In this document: positions 26,245 to 37,576 of the stretch, piece by piece | Numbering within the stretch: position 1 is the stretch's first letter | Layout: each line of letters starts with the position of its first letter | IMG/VR virus record: IMGVR_UViG_3300023105_000025 | Coordinates: 3,427-67,426 of that record | Origin: a virus | DNA length: 64,000 nucleotides | Reading direction: 5' to 3' (one strand) | Made by a program: the position numbers and the translations under genes | Notes under the pieces: model-generated | What the model saw: the letters and a program-made list of their open reading frames with translations, nothing else | Databases searched by the model: none | Told to the model about the DNA's origin: nothing

Positions 26245-27927
26245 ATGGCTAAAAAAGAATGGATCGTAACTCTTCATAGAAAAGAAGATTTGCAAGATTT
26301 CTATACTGATATGGAAACGCCTGGCGGAAGTTTGTATATTCCAGATCGTTCCGTAAGTGTTAGGCATAGAAGAAACATAAGTAGAAATACTCACTATATG
26401 TTAGATTTTGATGAAGCACTCATGATATTAGATGATCCTAGAGTTGCCAGTGTAGAGTTAGCAGAAATTCTAGATTTATTTACTAAACCGTCCGGTTGGA
26501 CCTCGTCTGGAGAAGTTTTTTCAAAAGACTTTTTTACTGATGTAGGTGATATAAACTGGGGACTATTAAGACATCAATTAGCTGCCAACATTAGTGGTTG
26601 GGGTGATGATGCTACTTCAAACGTGTCACAAGATTTCAGTGTTACTACCGGTGGTAAAAATGTTGACGTTGTTATTGTAGACGGGCACATTGATCCTGCC
26701 CATCCAGAATTTGCAGTTAATTCTGATGGTACCGGTGGAACAAGAGTTGTTCAATATAATTGGTTGCAACATACAAACGAAGTAAGTGGCGGGGCTAATG
26801 GAACTTATGTCTATACTCCATACGTAGATCCTAGCTATCCTGACACCGATGGTAATGGTATAGCAGATAGAACTGAAGATAATAATCATGGATGCCATGT
26901 TGCAGGAACGGTAGCAGGTAATACTCAAGGATGGGCTAGAGAAGCAAACATTTATAACATAAGCCCATATTCAACTAATCAAAATAGTATTTCTTCATCT
27001 TTAATGTGGGACTATATTAGAGCTTGGCATAATAGTAAACCAATTAATTCAGCAACCGGGAGAAGAAATCCAACTGTCACAAATAATAGTTATGGAACAA
27101 CGATCACACTTAACAATGGCGATTTTGGCCCAGTTACAAGAGTAATTTATAGAGGCGTAGATTATAATCCGGGAAGAAGTCTTACATTAGCAGAATTACA
27201 AGCGCGCGGATTTTATGCAACTGATACATCCCCAACCGTACCTTATTGGTCTAGTGCAAGGGCAGCAGATATTCAAGATGCTATAGATGATGGTATTATA
27301 ATTGTAGCTTCAGCAGGAAACGACTCTTTTAAAACCGTTAGATCTACTAACCAAGATTATAACAACTTTTTTTATGCAACTTATCTCGGATTTGGTGCAA
27401 CTTGGTATCTTAACAGGGGAAATCAGTCAGGATCAGCCGTAGAAAACGTGATTAACGTTGGGGCAACGGATAACGGACAAGCAGAGTTTAAAGCAACTTT
27501 TTCTAATTGCGGAGATCTTGTTGACATATTTGCAGCAGGAGTCGCAATACAATCTAGTCTTCATACAAGTACTGGTGCCACTGCAGATCCTAGAAATGGG
27601 AGTTATTACTTAGGAAAATATCAAGGAACTAGTATGTCTGGCCCACAAGTTTGCGGCGTATTAGCTTGTCTATTAGAACACTATCCAGGTACTACTCAAG
27701 CAGAAGCTCAAGCTTGGTTAACACAATATGCAAACGTTAATGAAATGGGAGACAGCGGAACTGATGATCCTATGGACAGGACAAGTTTGCAAGGCGCGCC
27801 AAATTTATTTTTGCGCTGGTTTAACCAAAGATCAGACACTGGAACAGCATACCCAAGAACAGCTTTTAAAAATAGACCAACATCAGGACATGTTTATCCT
27901 CGTACTGCCATTCGTAGACGTGGATAA
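26245..27927 (+). CDS. Subtilisin-like serine protease (S8)
   Basis: Catalytic triad contexts VVIVDG, NHGCHVAGT and GTSMSGPQV, plus oxyanion SAGN. Confidence 0.92.
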   Translation: MAKKEWIVTLHRKEDLQDFYTDMETPGGSLYIPDRSVSVRHRRNISRNTHYMLDFDEALMILDDPRVASVELAEILDLFTKPSGWTSSGEVFSKDFFTDVGDINWGLLRHQLAANISGWGDDATSNVSQDFSVTTGGKNVDVVIVDGHIDPAHPEFAVNSDGTGGTRVVQYNWLQHTNEVSGGANGTYVYTPYVDPSYPDTDGNGIADRTEDNNHGCHVAGTVAGNTQGWAREANIYNISPYSTNQNSISSSLMWDYIRAWHNSKPINSATGRRNPTVTNNSYGTTITLNNGDFGPVTRVIYRGVDYNPGRSLTLAELQARGFYATDTSPTVPYWSSARAADIQDAIDDGIIIVASAGNDSFKTVRSTNQDYNNFFYATYLGFGATWYLNRGNQSGSAVENVINVGATDNGQAEFKATFSNCGDLVDIFAAGVAIQSSLHTSTGATADPRNGSYYLGKYQGTSMSGPQVCGVLACLLEHYPGTTQAEAQAWLTQYANVNEMGDSGTDDPMDRTSLQGAPNLFLRWFNQRSDTGTAYPRTAFKNRPTSGHVYPRTAIRRRG

Positions 27928-27932
27928 TTAAA

Positions 27933-27940
27933 TATAAATA
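27933..27940 (+). promoter_or_regulatory. T4-type late promoter
   Basis: Exact intergenic TATAAATA upstream of the gp8-like gene. Confidence 0.85.
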
Positions 27941-27968
27941 TTAGAAAAACATCAGGAAAAATGGTAGT

Positions 27969-29684
27969 ATGGCAGAGATTTTGACATCGAAATATAAGCA
28001 GGATCTTCTTAGGAATTTCTTTCTTGAAACGCAGGAAAATGCTAATACAGCATTAACCAACGAATTTTATATGATGGTAGGAAACAATTTAGATTCTTTC
28101 GGAAATAAAATCACTTCTGTTAACGCGCAGGGTAGCGAAAGCAAATTTATGAATACCATTTTGTTTGGTAAAAAAGTTGCTCCAACTGACGTTAAAATTA
28201 TGTTTAAATATAATCCTTGGCAAGAAGGAACGGTATTTGATGAATATGACGATCAAGTAAATCTATCAGACAAAAAATTTATTTGTGTTGTTGGCCCAAA
28301 CTTAAATAAAACTGGCGACTATCGCGTATTTAAATGTTTAAATAACAATGGCGGCGCGGCTGTTCAAACACACCCAGAATATGATATAACAAACGAAGAT
28401 CAAATTTATTCTGTTCTTACTGACGGCTATGTTTGGAAATATATGTTTAGAATTACTGCGGCTCAATTTGAAGCCTATAATGCAGTAGGCTATATCCCTA
28501 TTATGGGAGATTTTATATTAGATCCATTTGATACTGCAAATAGTGCTGCTTTGCCAACCACTACTGGATCTCCAATTAATAAAATTGAATTATCTAATGG
28601 TCTTGAAAATTTTGGATATCCAGCAATTTATGAAGGATCTGTTTATGGTATTAATAAGGCTGATAACATTGTTACTGTCGAAACACCCGCTGATTATAGA
28701 TTAAGCCAAATTCAAAATTATTATGCCGGTATGACAATGTCAATTGTTTTATCAGGACCTCAAACAGTTTTATGGGAAATTTCTAAATATGTTTATGATA
28801 CAGGGTCAGGCCGCGGATTATTTACTTTAAAAGGTCAGCCTGTTATAAACAGTCCAGGCGCAAGAGATACGGCTAACGTTGAATTAACACAAGAAGTTAG
28901 CATTACACCAACCGTTATAATCGAAGGTGACGGAACAGGCTGTGAAGCTGTTTCCATAGTTGAAGATGAAGTTATTACTGGAATTAAAATAAACAGTTCT
29001 GGCGATGGATATCATAATGCTACAGCTACTATTAAAGATCCATTATACGACTTTGATCCAGATGATCCACTAACTGTAGATGTTAGAGCAACTTTAAGAC
29101 CAATACTTTCACCAAAAGGTGGACATGGCACAGACCTTATTGCTGAATTAGAAGCAAAAAGAATTTTAATGTATGCATATATCAATGAAACAAACAACTC
29201 ATTGATTGGAGCAACAAACACGTTTAATACAGTTGGGCTTATTAAAAACCCAACGTGGGCTAATACGTCACCAAATTATACATCCCCAGAAACATTCGAT
29301 AATAGAATTGCAGTCACTACAGATTCATCATACGATATCTTATCTGTCGATACTCTAGTCACTCAAGTAGACGCAAATAATGACGTTATTTTTTCTGGAA
29401 AAATTCACGAAGTTGATGAGACGTCAAATACATTTTATATTTCAGAATATATTGGCCCGTATGTTAATAACCCAGATAGTACTAGCCAAACATCTTTAAA
29501 TTTAAGTTATCCTTTATTAACTTTAGATGGTACTGCAATTCAGATAAATACACCTATAGAAGATAATGTTGTAGAATCTCCATATGTGCAGCGCTCTGGC
29601 GTATTATACTTTATGGAAGATATCACACCTCTAACAAGAACAGACCAATCACGTGAAGAATACAAACTGGTATTGGAATTTTAA
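27969..29684 (+). CDS. 8: Baseplate wedge subunit, gp8-like
   Basis: W..GT.FDEYDD, YRVFKCLNNN, DGYVWKYMF, PILSPKGGHG.D...EL and C-terminal G..Y.....P.TR...S.E..KLVLEF motifs. Confidence 0.85.
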   Translation: MAEILTSKYKQDLLRNFFLETQENANTALTNEFYMMVGNNLDSFGNKITSVNAQGSESKFMNTILFGKKVAPTDVKIMFKYNPWQEGTVFDEYDDQVNLSDKKFICVVGPNLNKTGDYRVFKCLNNNGGAAVQTHPEYDITNEDQIYSVLTDGYVWKYMFRITAAQFEAYNAVGYIPIMGDFILDPFDTANSAALPTTTGSPINKIELSNGLENFGYPAIYEGSVYGINKADNIVTVETPADYRLSQIQNYYAGMTMSIVLSGPQTVLWEISKYVYDTGSGRGLFTLKGQPVINSPGARDTANVELTQEVSITPTVIIEGDGTGCEAVSIVEDEVITGIKINSSGDGYHNATATIKDPLYDFDPDDPLTVDVRATLRPILSPKGGHGTDLIAELEAKRILMYAYINETNNSLIGATNTFNTVGLIKNPTWANTSPNYTSPETFDNRIAVTTDSSYDILSVDTLVTQVDANNDVIFSGKIHEVDETSNTFYISEYIGPYVNNPDSTSQTSLNLSYPLLTLDGTAIQINTPIEDNVVESPYVQRSGVLYFMEDITPLTRTDQSREEYKLVLEF

Positions 29685-29695
29685 GGAAACCGTAA

Positions 29696-32600
29696 ATGCC
29701 TATTAATACAGACTTAAATATTGCACCATATTTTGATGATTTTGATGCTGAGGATCAGTTTTATCGTATCTTATTTAAACCAGGATACGCTCTTCAAGCA
29801 CGTGAACTTACTCAATTGCAAACAATGTTGCAAAACCAAATTGAAACATTTGGAGATAATATTTTTAAAGAAGGTTCAATCATTAAAGGTTGTAACTTTG
29901 CACAAATTAACGGTTTGCAATATGTTAAATTAGCAGACAAAGGTGGATTTGATCCAAGAGAATATATTAGTAGACAAGCGTTAGACACAGTAGGCGGTGT
30001 TGATAATGTTGAAGTTGAATTAGTATATGAGATTGAAGGTAGTGATAGTGGTCTTAAAGCACGTATTGTAGAAGCATCACGTGGTTTCTCTACTCGCCCA
30101 CCTGATTTAAACACATTTTATATTCAATATATCAATAACACCGAAGTTAATACACAGTTTCGCTCTGGTGAGTTGCTGACTATCACAGAACGTAGATTTT
30201 CTGGCGAAGATGAATATAGCACAACTCTTAACTTAAATACAATTAACGTTACAACACAATCGCCGAGAGTTGGTTATTCATATGGTATCCAATCGACACC
30301 GGGTATTATTTTCCAAAAAGGCCAATTCATTTATGCAGAAGCTCAATCTTTAATTGTTGAAAAATACTCAGACTCTCCAGACGATAAAGCAGTCGGATAT
30401 AAAATTACAGAAACTCTAGTTACTGCTTTACAAGACAGATCACTTTATGATAATGCTGCAGGAACAACTAATGCTAACGCTCCTGGTGCAGATAGACTTA
30501 AATTAGCACCTGTTTTAACAGTATTAGATATTTCTGATGCAGAAATAGACCTTGACTTCTTTACATTAATTAAATATAATGAAGGAAAGGAAGTTACATT
30601 AAGAGACGTTTCACAATATAACGTATTAGGCGATGAAATGGCTCGTCGTACTTATGAGGAATCAGGTGATTATATAATTGAAAAATTTAATGTAAGAACA
30701 GAAAGAAAAGCAAGTGCAAACAACGCATTAAAAGCAATCGTTGGACCAGGCTTGGCTTATATTCACGGATACCGCATTGAAAACGGTGGAGAGATTGATT
30801 TTACTATTGAGGATATTGAAGCAACAGAAACTTATAATAACCAATCTGTTTCTATGCAATATGGACATTATATTGATGTTACAAGTTCGTTCACTGGCCA
30901 TCCTACGCTAAATTTAGAAGAAGTCAATCTATTAGACTCTGGACTTGTTACGCGCGGCACTGCAATTGTAAGAAATATTACACCTAGCAAAATATATTTG
31001 ACTGCTGTTAAAATGAATGGCGGTCAAGCATTCAACGATGTAAATTATATCAGCGCAAATGGTGATATTACAATCCCATCAGATTCTGTAATCAGGGATC
31101 AGGCAAAAGCTCCTGTTATTTTCCCAACTGGTGTATTTAGCACAAAAGATACAACAGACATTTCTGTTCCAGTCAGATCTAAGTTTTCTGGTTCATTTGG
31201 CGGTACAACAATTTCAATTACTCAAGGTGGATCATCTGGTCGTGATTTTGCATGCGACAATGATGATATTGTTGTTATTGATAGTGCAGGTACTCAGCTA
31301 ACAGTTACCGGATATAGCACATCTTTAAATAATAGCGTATTAAATATTACTCTTGGTTCTTCCGGAACAGGATATGCAAACGTATTCTATAACGAAAGAA
31401 TTCAATCTATCACACCATTTATTAAAACACCAGTAGAACCTTATATTAAAGTTGCATATGCAAGCGGAACAACAAGATATTCTTTAGGTTTCCCAGATGT
31501 TATTAGTATTCAAAGTATTGTTGACTCATCTGGAACTGATTTTACAAAAAGCTTCCGTTTAAAGCAGAACCAAAAAGATCATTATTATGATATTTCTTAT
31601 ATGGAATATATTCCTAATAGACCAGAGCCAACAGGTACTCTGACTATTAAGTTAAAAGTTCATCAAATTGGTTCGTCTCAATCTGGCGGTTATTTCTTTA
31701 CAATCAGTAGTTACAAAATTGACGATGACTCAACTACACTTCCTTCAGGATTTATTCGTTCAAACGATATATCTGTTTATCAATCGTCTAGCGGAAAGAA
31801 ATATAATTTAAGAGAAAGCGTTGATTTTAGACCGTATGTTGACAAAGACGCTGCAGCCGATTATACAGCGTTAACAGCAGGTGCGGCTCCAACAATCTCA
31901 ACCGCGGTTGATGCTTATACAATTTCATTTACAGATCATGCTTCTTATGGTAGGTCAAATGCTGCGGGATATTTAATTCCAGCATTAAATGAATCTATGG
32001 TCATGGACATTGAGTCCTATTTGGCTCGTGTTGACTTAATTACAGTTGACTCTTATGGTCGCTTTAGTCTTATCAAAGGTCAAGAAGATCAATCACCAAG
32101 ACCACCTACAATTGGCGACGATCAATTCATTATTTCGCAACTGACAATTCCTGGGTATCCAGCTCTTTCACAAAAAGAAGCTGCTCAGCAAAAGAAAAAT
32201 CAGTATGCTGTTAGAGCAACAACGTCTGGTGTTAGAAGATATACTATGGCAGACATTGCAGATATTGATAGAAGATCAAAAAGCTTAGAATACTATATAT
32301 CACTAAATGCGCTAGAACAGTCAGTAGAAAATATGATTATTCGCGATGGTGTCGTTAATAGATTTAAAAACGGTTATATCGCCGATCCTTTAAATGATTT
32401 AACTTTAGCTAATATGGAAAGCCCAGAGTTTAGTGCGTCAATTCTTCCTGATAGAAGAGTTATGGCCCCAGCTCTTAAAACTTATCCATTAGATATGAAA
32501 TATAAAACATCATCTAATGCTACTATATTCCCAGCAACTGCAACCGCTGAAACAGCAACACTTTCTAGAAATGCTCACGTAGCAGTTATTAAACAGCCGT

Positions 32601-35209
32601 TTGCCACAGGAACAAGATCTTGTACAACAAACTTCTACAGCTATAGAGGCCAAGGACAATTATTCCCAGATCATGATTTTGTGCACGATACTGTTACCGA
32701 CCCGGTACCAGTATTAGCAAACATACCTAATCAGATGGATGCATTTGTTGATGATATTCAAGAATTCTTACCACAAACGCAAACATCAACACAAAATATT
32801 GGATCAGTTCAAGTAGGAAGTTCTGATGATTTCTTCCCTGGATTTATTGAGCAGACAACAGTTACAGAAACAACTGTTGGATGGAGAACAGAGCAACAAA
32901 ACGTAGGTGACTTTGTTTCTAACATTCAATTTAATCCTTACATTCGTGGCCGTAAAGTAAGAATTTATATGACTGGTCTAAGACCAAATACTCGTCATTA
33001 TTTCTATTTTGATGGTGAAGATGTTAATGCATATGTAACACCAGGTGATCCCGATGCATCAATCCCTCGTGACATTTATACATATGGACAAAGAGGAGAC
33101 GCAGTTACTACAGACGATAATGGTATTTTAAGAGCACTGTTTGACATTCCAGCTGGAACTTTCTTTGTAGGAGATAGAATATTACACGTAGCGGACGTTG
33201 ACGCTTATGATGATATTCAAACTGCAGCTGTTTCTCAAGGATTTATTACTTACCACGCTTATAACATTGACATTTCGTCAAGATCATTGACAATGTCTAC
33301 AAGAATTCCAGAGCTTCAAGTTAATACATCCACTACAACACGTAACGTTCAAGGTCGTGCTAGACCACAACAGCCTGAACCAGCTGATAGTAGTAACGAT
33401 AGTAACAATGGAAATAATGGTGTAGTTGGCGGCGGTGGCGGAGGCGGCGGTGGTGTTATTGCAGCCATTGCTCTTGCATTCGTTTTCTTTGATCCATTAG
33501 CACAAACATTCTACGTTAAAGAAGGTATGGGTAAAGGATCTGGCACAATTTATGCATCTAAAATTGATGTATTCTTTAAACGCAAAAGTCTTGTTAATGG
33601 TATTACACTTCAAATTAGAGAAGTTTTAAATGGCTATCCAACAAATAAAGTTATTCCATTCTCTAAAGTTCATAAGCTTCCTGGTGCTGTTAGTGTTTCT
33701 GACGACGCAAGTGTAGCAACAACGTTTGAATTTAAGAACCCGATTAAATTAAAAACAGATAGAGAATACGCAATTGTTTTGGTACCTGATGCAAACGATC
33801 CAGATTATTTAGCGTTTACATCTAAGATCGGTGGAACAGATTTAACACCAGGTGATACTCAAGGTAAAGCTGTTATCCAAGACTGGGGTGACGGTGTTCT
33901 ATTTACATCCACAAATAATAAGGCTTGGAAATCTTATCAAGATGAAGATCTTAAGTTTACGTTATATCGTCACGAGTTTAATCAAAACTCTGGTTCTGTA
34001 ACTCTTACAAACCAAGATCACGAATTCTTTACACTAACAGGTTATGATGATAACGTATTTGAGCAGGGTGAACTTGTTTATCAAGAAAAAGCGTTGCAAG
34101 GTAATACAAGCGCAACTGTTAGTATTTTAAACGGAAGTAACAGTTTAACGGGAACAGACCTAGACGAAACATTTGCTGTTGGTGACTGGATTAAAGTTAC
34201 AACTTCAGGCGCAGGCAGAAAAGAGCTATTTGAAGTTATAGAAATAGTTTCAGATTCTGAAATTACTTTGGATCATAAAATTGATTTTGAAGTTGCAAGC
34301 GGTTCTGCTGTTCCTATCGTTTCTGGAGAATGTGTTCAGCACAATCCAAATAAACCAGAGACTCTTATTCTAAAGAATAGTTCCGCAACAGCTACAAGAG
34401 GCTTTAGCGCAAATACTATTATTGGATATTCAAGCGGTACTTCTTGTCAGATTTCATCAGTCGATAACGTTAATTTAGGATTTGTTCAACCATTAATTCA
34501 AAAAGTTAATGATATTACAACCACAACTAAGCTGGAAGGCAGATTTACTAATCCATCTGATGTATTGACACCTTATGCAGTTCCTATGAAGTTTGCTGAC
34601 TCTAACTACTTCACTCAAAATGGCGTATTAATATACAGTAAAACAAATGACCCGACAGGTAATAAACCATTTGAAGTAAAAGTTACTCTTGACAATAGAG
34701 CAAACTCAACATCTTCTCCGATGGTGGACATTGAGACTGCTTCACTTATTGCATACGAATATCAAGTTACAAATGATGCTAATACGGCGCCAGAATTTAT
34801 TACTAAAACCGTTGAATTAGCAGACGACATAGATGCAGAAGATATGAGAGTCTTTATTCAAGCATATCGCCCAGCAAGTACTGATATTAAAGTTTACATT
34901 AAAGCACAAAATCCAACTGATAGAACTTCATTTGATACTGTGCCTTGGATTGAAATGGAATTAGTAGACGGTATTGGACAATATTCATCTGACTCAAACC
35001 TAGAAGACTTTAGAGAATATGCATTTGAAGTTCCAGAAGTCAGCCCAGGCGAAAACGGTATTAATGCAGGCGGCGTATTAGAATATACTAATGCTGAAGG
35101 AAGTACATATACAGAATACAGAAAGTTTGCTCTTAAATTTGAAATGCTATCACCTTATAAGCATAAAGTTCCAACTATTAAAAACTATAGAGGGATTGCT
35201 ATCTCATGA
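29696..35209 (+). CDS. Large virion structural protein (DUF4815/VrlC-like)
   Basis: LNIAPYFDDFD...FYRILFKPG..LQARELTQLQ..LQNQIE.FG..IFKEGS, APGADRLK, RFKNG...D, DPLAQTF and YQDEDLKF motifs. Confidence 0.85.
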   Translation: MPINTDLNIAPYFDDFDAEDQFYRILFKPGYALQARELTQLQTMLQNQIETFGDNIFKEGSIIKGCNFAQINGLQYVKLADKGGFDPREYISRQALDTVGGVDNVEVELVYEIEGSDSGLKARIVEASRGFSTRPPDLNTFYIQYINNTEVNTQFRSGELLTITERRFSGEDEYSTTLNLNTINVTTQSPRVGYSYGIQSTPGIIFQKGQFIYAEAQSLIVEKYSDSPDDKAVGYKITETLVTALQDRSLYDNAAGTTNANAPGADRLKLAPVLTVLDISDAEIDLDFFTLIKYNEGKEVTLRDVSQYNVLGDEMARRTYEESGDYIIEKFNVRTERKASANNALKAIVGPGLAYIHGYRIENGGEIDFTIEDIEATETYNNQSVSMQYGHYIDVTSSFTGHPTLNLEEVNLLDSGLVTRGTAIVRNITPSKIYLTAVKMNGGQAFNDVNYISANGDITIPSDSVIRDQAKAPVIFPTGVFSTKDTTDISVPVRSKFSGSFGGTTISITQGGSSGRDFACDNDDIVVIDSAGTQLTVTGYSTSLNNSVLNITLGSSGTGYANVFYNERIQSITPFIKTPVEPYIKVAYASGTTRYSLGFPDVISIQSIVDSSGTDFTKSFRLKQNQKDHYYDISYMEYIPNRPEPTGTLTIKLKVHQIGSSQSGGYFFTISSYKIDDDSTTLPSGFIRSNDISVYQSSSGKKYNLRESVDFRPYVDKDAAADYTALTAGAAPTISTAVDAYTISFTDHASYGRSNAAGYLIPALNESMVMDIESYLARVDLITVDSYGRFSLIKGQEDQSPRPPTIGDDQFIISQLTIPGYPALSQKEAAQQKKNQYAVRATTSGVRRYTMADIADIDRRSKSLEYYISLNALEQSVENMIIRDGVVNRFKNGYIADPLNDLTLANMESPEFSASILPDRRVMAPALKTYPLDMKYKTSSNATIFPATATAETATLSRNAHVAVIKQPFATGTRSCTTNFYSYRGQGQLFPDHDFVHDTVTDPVPVLANIPNQMDAFVDDIQEFLPQTQTSTQNIGSVQVGSSDDFFPGFIEQTTVTETTVGWRTEQQNVGDFVSNIQFNPYIRGRKVRIYMTGLRPNTRHYFYFDGEDVNAYVTPGDPDASIPRDIYTYGQRGDAVTTDDNGILRALFDIPAGTFFVGDRILHVADVDAYDDIQTAAVSQGFITYHAYNIDISSRSLTMSTRIPELQVNTSTTTRNVQGRARPQQPEPADSSNDSNNGNNGVVGGGGGGGGGVIAAIALAFVFFDPLAQTFYVKEGMGKGSGTIYASKIDVFFKRKSLVNGITLQIREVLNGYPTNKVIPFSKVHKLPGAVSVSDDASVATTFEFKNPIKLKTDREYAIVLVPDANDPDYLAFTSKIGGTDLTPGDTQGKAVIQDWGDGVLFTSTNNKAWKSYQDEDLKFTLYRHEFNQNSGSVTLTNQDHEFFTLTGYDDNVFEQGELVYQEKALQGNTSATVSILNGSNSLTGTDLDETFAVGDWIKVTTSGAGRKELFEVIEIVSDSEITLDHKIDFEVASGSAVPIVSGECVQHNPNKPETLILKNSSATATRGFSANTIIGYSSGTSCQISSVDNVNLGFVQPLIQKVNDITTTTKLEGRFTNPSDVLTPYAVPMKFADSNYFTQNGVLIYSKTNDPTGNKPFEVKVTLDNRANSTSSPMVDIETASLIAYEYQVTNDANTAPEFITKTVELADDIDAEDMRVFIQAYRPASTDIKVYIKAQNPTDRTSFDTVPWIEMELVDGIGQYSSDSNLEDFREYAFEVPEVSPGENGINAGGVLEYTNAEGSTYTEYRKFALKFEMLSPYKHKVPTIKNYRGIAIS

Positions 35210-35397
35210 TAGTTACTAATAGAAAAAGAGATCCAAAAACCGGCGCTGTACTTAACACAGATGTAGAAGCTCTAAATAAATATAAACAAGAAAGAGCTTT
35301 GTATAAAAAAGTTAATAAGCTCGGAGAGGACGTCAATGAAATTAAAATGTTGCTTAGCGATGTTTGTGAAAGATTAGAAAAGTTAGAGAACAGATAA
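35206..35397 (+). CDS. Small coiled-coil conserved hypothetical protein
   Basis: RDPKTGAVLNTD...Y....L..DVNEIK.LL, coupled to the upstream gene. Confidence 0.75.
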   Translation: MIVTNRKRDPKTGAVLNTDVEALNKYKQERALYKKVNKLGEDVNEIKMLLSDVCERLEKLENR

Positions 35398-35398
35398 A

Positions 35399-36277
35399 AT
35401 GGCAAAACCTAGTTTAACAAATATTACAACTACACAAACGTTTCAAAACTGGTTTGATAAAACCAACGAAATGGTTGACATTTTTCGTGACGAAGCTATT
35501 ACTGCATCGGCTATTGGGGACACCACAACGGGGAATGCAACATTAGTTGGGAACTTTACAGCAACAAACATCATTGGTGATACAGCAGTTAAATCTGACA
35601 GAATATCAGCGCAAACCGGTGGTGGTGTAATAGATTTTACAGATCCAATTGAAATAACAGGTTCGTCAGATCAAGTTGTAGCCACATTTACTTATGTTGC
35701 AGACGGGCCGCGCGTCCAATTTACTGATGACTTAATTACATGGGATGTTGGATTTAAAGATACTTCTGCTGCATTTATAATTAATACTGGAGTTGGCAGT
35801 AACAAATTTGAACTTTCCACCGCTGGAACTTTAACTGTACCAAATATCGACGTTCTTGAAGGTGTAGATATCACAACAGATTTGGATGTTGGCGGGGATA
35901 TGAGAGTTACTGGGTCGTTAACTATTAATAACCTTGTAGCAAATAATGTTTATGCTATTAACGAGTTGGTTACTGGGTACTCTGGTTCAGACATACGTTT
36001 AAAAGAAAATTTAGAAATTATCCCTAACGCGCTTGAAAAACTTTCGCAAGTTAATGGTTATACATTTAACTATATTGGAAAAGAAGAAAGGGTTACTGGT
36101 GTTGTAGCTCAGGAAATAGAACAAGTATTACCTGGCATAGTTTTTGATGCAGAACACCCAGATTATGATGGTCCACACAAAGCCGTTAGATACGGACACA
36201 TAGTAGCCCTTCTTATTGAAGCAGTTAAAGAACTGCAAGGTGAGGTTGAAAGGCTAAAAGATGGCTCTTCAAAGTAG
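35399..36277 (+). CDS. Short fibre protein with C-terminal intramolecular chaperone (peptidase S74)
   Basis: TFQNWFDKTN N-terminal motif and SDIRLKEN...GVVAQE....P..V...Y..IVALLIEAVKEL. Confidence 0.85.
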   Translation: MAKPSLTNITTTQTFQNWFDKTNEMVDIFRDEAITASAIGDTTTGNATLVGNFTATNIIGDTAVKSDRISAQTGGGVIDFTDPIEITGSSDQVVATFTYVADGPRVQFTDDLITWDVGFKDTSAAFIINTGVGSNKFELSTAGTLTVPNIDVLEGVDITTDLDVGGDMRVTGSLTINNLVANNVYAINELVTGYSGSDIRLKENLEIIPNALEKLSQVNGYTFNYIGKEERVTGVVAQEIEQVLPGIVFDAEHPDYDGPHKAVRYGHIVALLIEAVKELQGEVERLKDGSSK

Positions 36278-37568
36278 CGGCGCAATTTCATTACTAGATA
36301 TTGCTCAAGAGTTTGGTGGAGGCGTGCCCCACGCTTTAAACGAGTACTATAGAAACGGCGGATTAGTGCCGGATATTTCCCCTTATAACGACAACATTCC
36401 TACTTCAGGTACAATAGCATTTGATGATTTTTATGGCGCATTAAATGCAGCACCTTTCATTGTTCGCATGATTGGTGCTGGCGGCGGCGGGGCTTCGGGC
36501 GTAAATGACGGCACTGGATCTCCACAAAGTTCATACGCTGGAGGGTCTGGAACATCTAGTGTTATTGCCAGTATAAACATTGACAATGTTAGTGGGATTT
36601 ATTATGATAATATTAATGGCGTATTTGGCAATTATAGTCAGTTAAATAGTCCAGGGGGTACCGGGGGAACGCATAATGCTGGAACCAATGGCAATGCGGG
36701 GGCAGCTTCCGTGTACGGCCCAGGCGGCCCGGGCGGCAATGCTAACAATTCCGCTCCATCACCTTTTACCGGTACAAACTTTGCCGATGACTCTGTGGAT
36801 AGTCCTAGAAGAGTTAATAATACATCATGGAATTATATTAAAGTACCGGCTGGCTATTCAGGTGCAGAATTAGGTCATAGCGCATCTGACAGAATTGCAG
36901 TAGAATCAACAAACGGACTTGGCGTAGGTATTCATAGATCAACAGCAAACGCTGAGTGGATCATTAGCGGTAGTGGTACGGTGTATTATGAAGTATATGT
37001 TGATTCTGAACGATATTGGGATTTTAGTAGATTCTATTTAAACGGAACCCGATATGTTAATATTTCAGGTCAAAATACAACTAGTACGGGCAATCTAGCA
37101 GCAAGTGCTGGTACTGTTATCAAATGGCAATACTATAAAGATGGGTCAGTTGATCGTTATTCAGATCTAGGAAGATGCTATTTTTATGTTACTAACCAAA
37201 GTACTTTAGATTATTCTTATGGCGCAGGCGGCGGCGGTGGCGGCGGAGATGCTTCTTCTAAAAATGATCCGTCCGGCACTGGCGGTAATGGCGGTAATGC
37301 CGGGACCAACCAGACAGGACCAGTAGGAACTGTTCCGTTGCTAACAAATGGTCAGCATTGGATATATTTTAAAAGAAGTAATCCAAGCCTTACCAGTCAA
37401 TATAGACCATTTGTTGGATTCCAAGGAGCAGGAAATAACCAAGGTAACCAAAATGGTGCTGCAGGTGCTAATGGACGTATACAAATAGTAGATATGCAAA
37501 ATTGGGAAGAATGGAATTGGCGTGGCGCCGGTGTAAATAACTATGTTTGGCAGGTTCCCGAAGGATAA
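36261..37568 (+). CDS. Glycine-rich fibre-tip/adhesin-like protein
   Basis: MALQSSGAISLLDI..EFGG.....L.EYYR...IPTSG.I...DFYG N-terminus and GAGGGG motifs. Directly follows the S74 fibre. Confidence 0.7.
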   Translation: MALQSSGAISLLDIAQEFGGGVPHALNEYYRNGGLVPDISPYNDNIPTSGTIAFDDFYGALNAAPFIVRMIGAGGGGASGVNDGTGSPQSSYAGGSGTSSVIASINIDNVSGIYYDNINGVFGNYSQLNSPGGTGGTHNAGTNGNAGAASVYGPGGPGGNANNSAPSPFTGTNFADDSVDSPRRVNNTSWNYIKVPAGYSGAELGHSASDRIAVESTNGLGVGIHRSTANAEWIISGSGTVYYEVYVDSERYWDFSRFYLNGTRYVNISGQNTTSTGNLAASAGTVIKWQYYKDGSVDRYSDLGRCYFYVTNQSTLDYSYGAGGGGGGGDASSKNDPSGTGGNGGNAGTNQTGPVGTVPLLTNGQHWIYFKRSNPSLTSQYRPFVGFQGAGNNQGNQNGAAGANGRIQIVDMQNWEEWNWRGAGVNNYVWQVPEG

Positions 37569-37576
37569 AATTTAAA

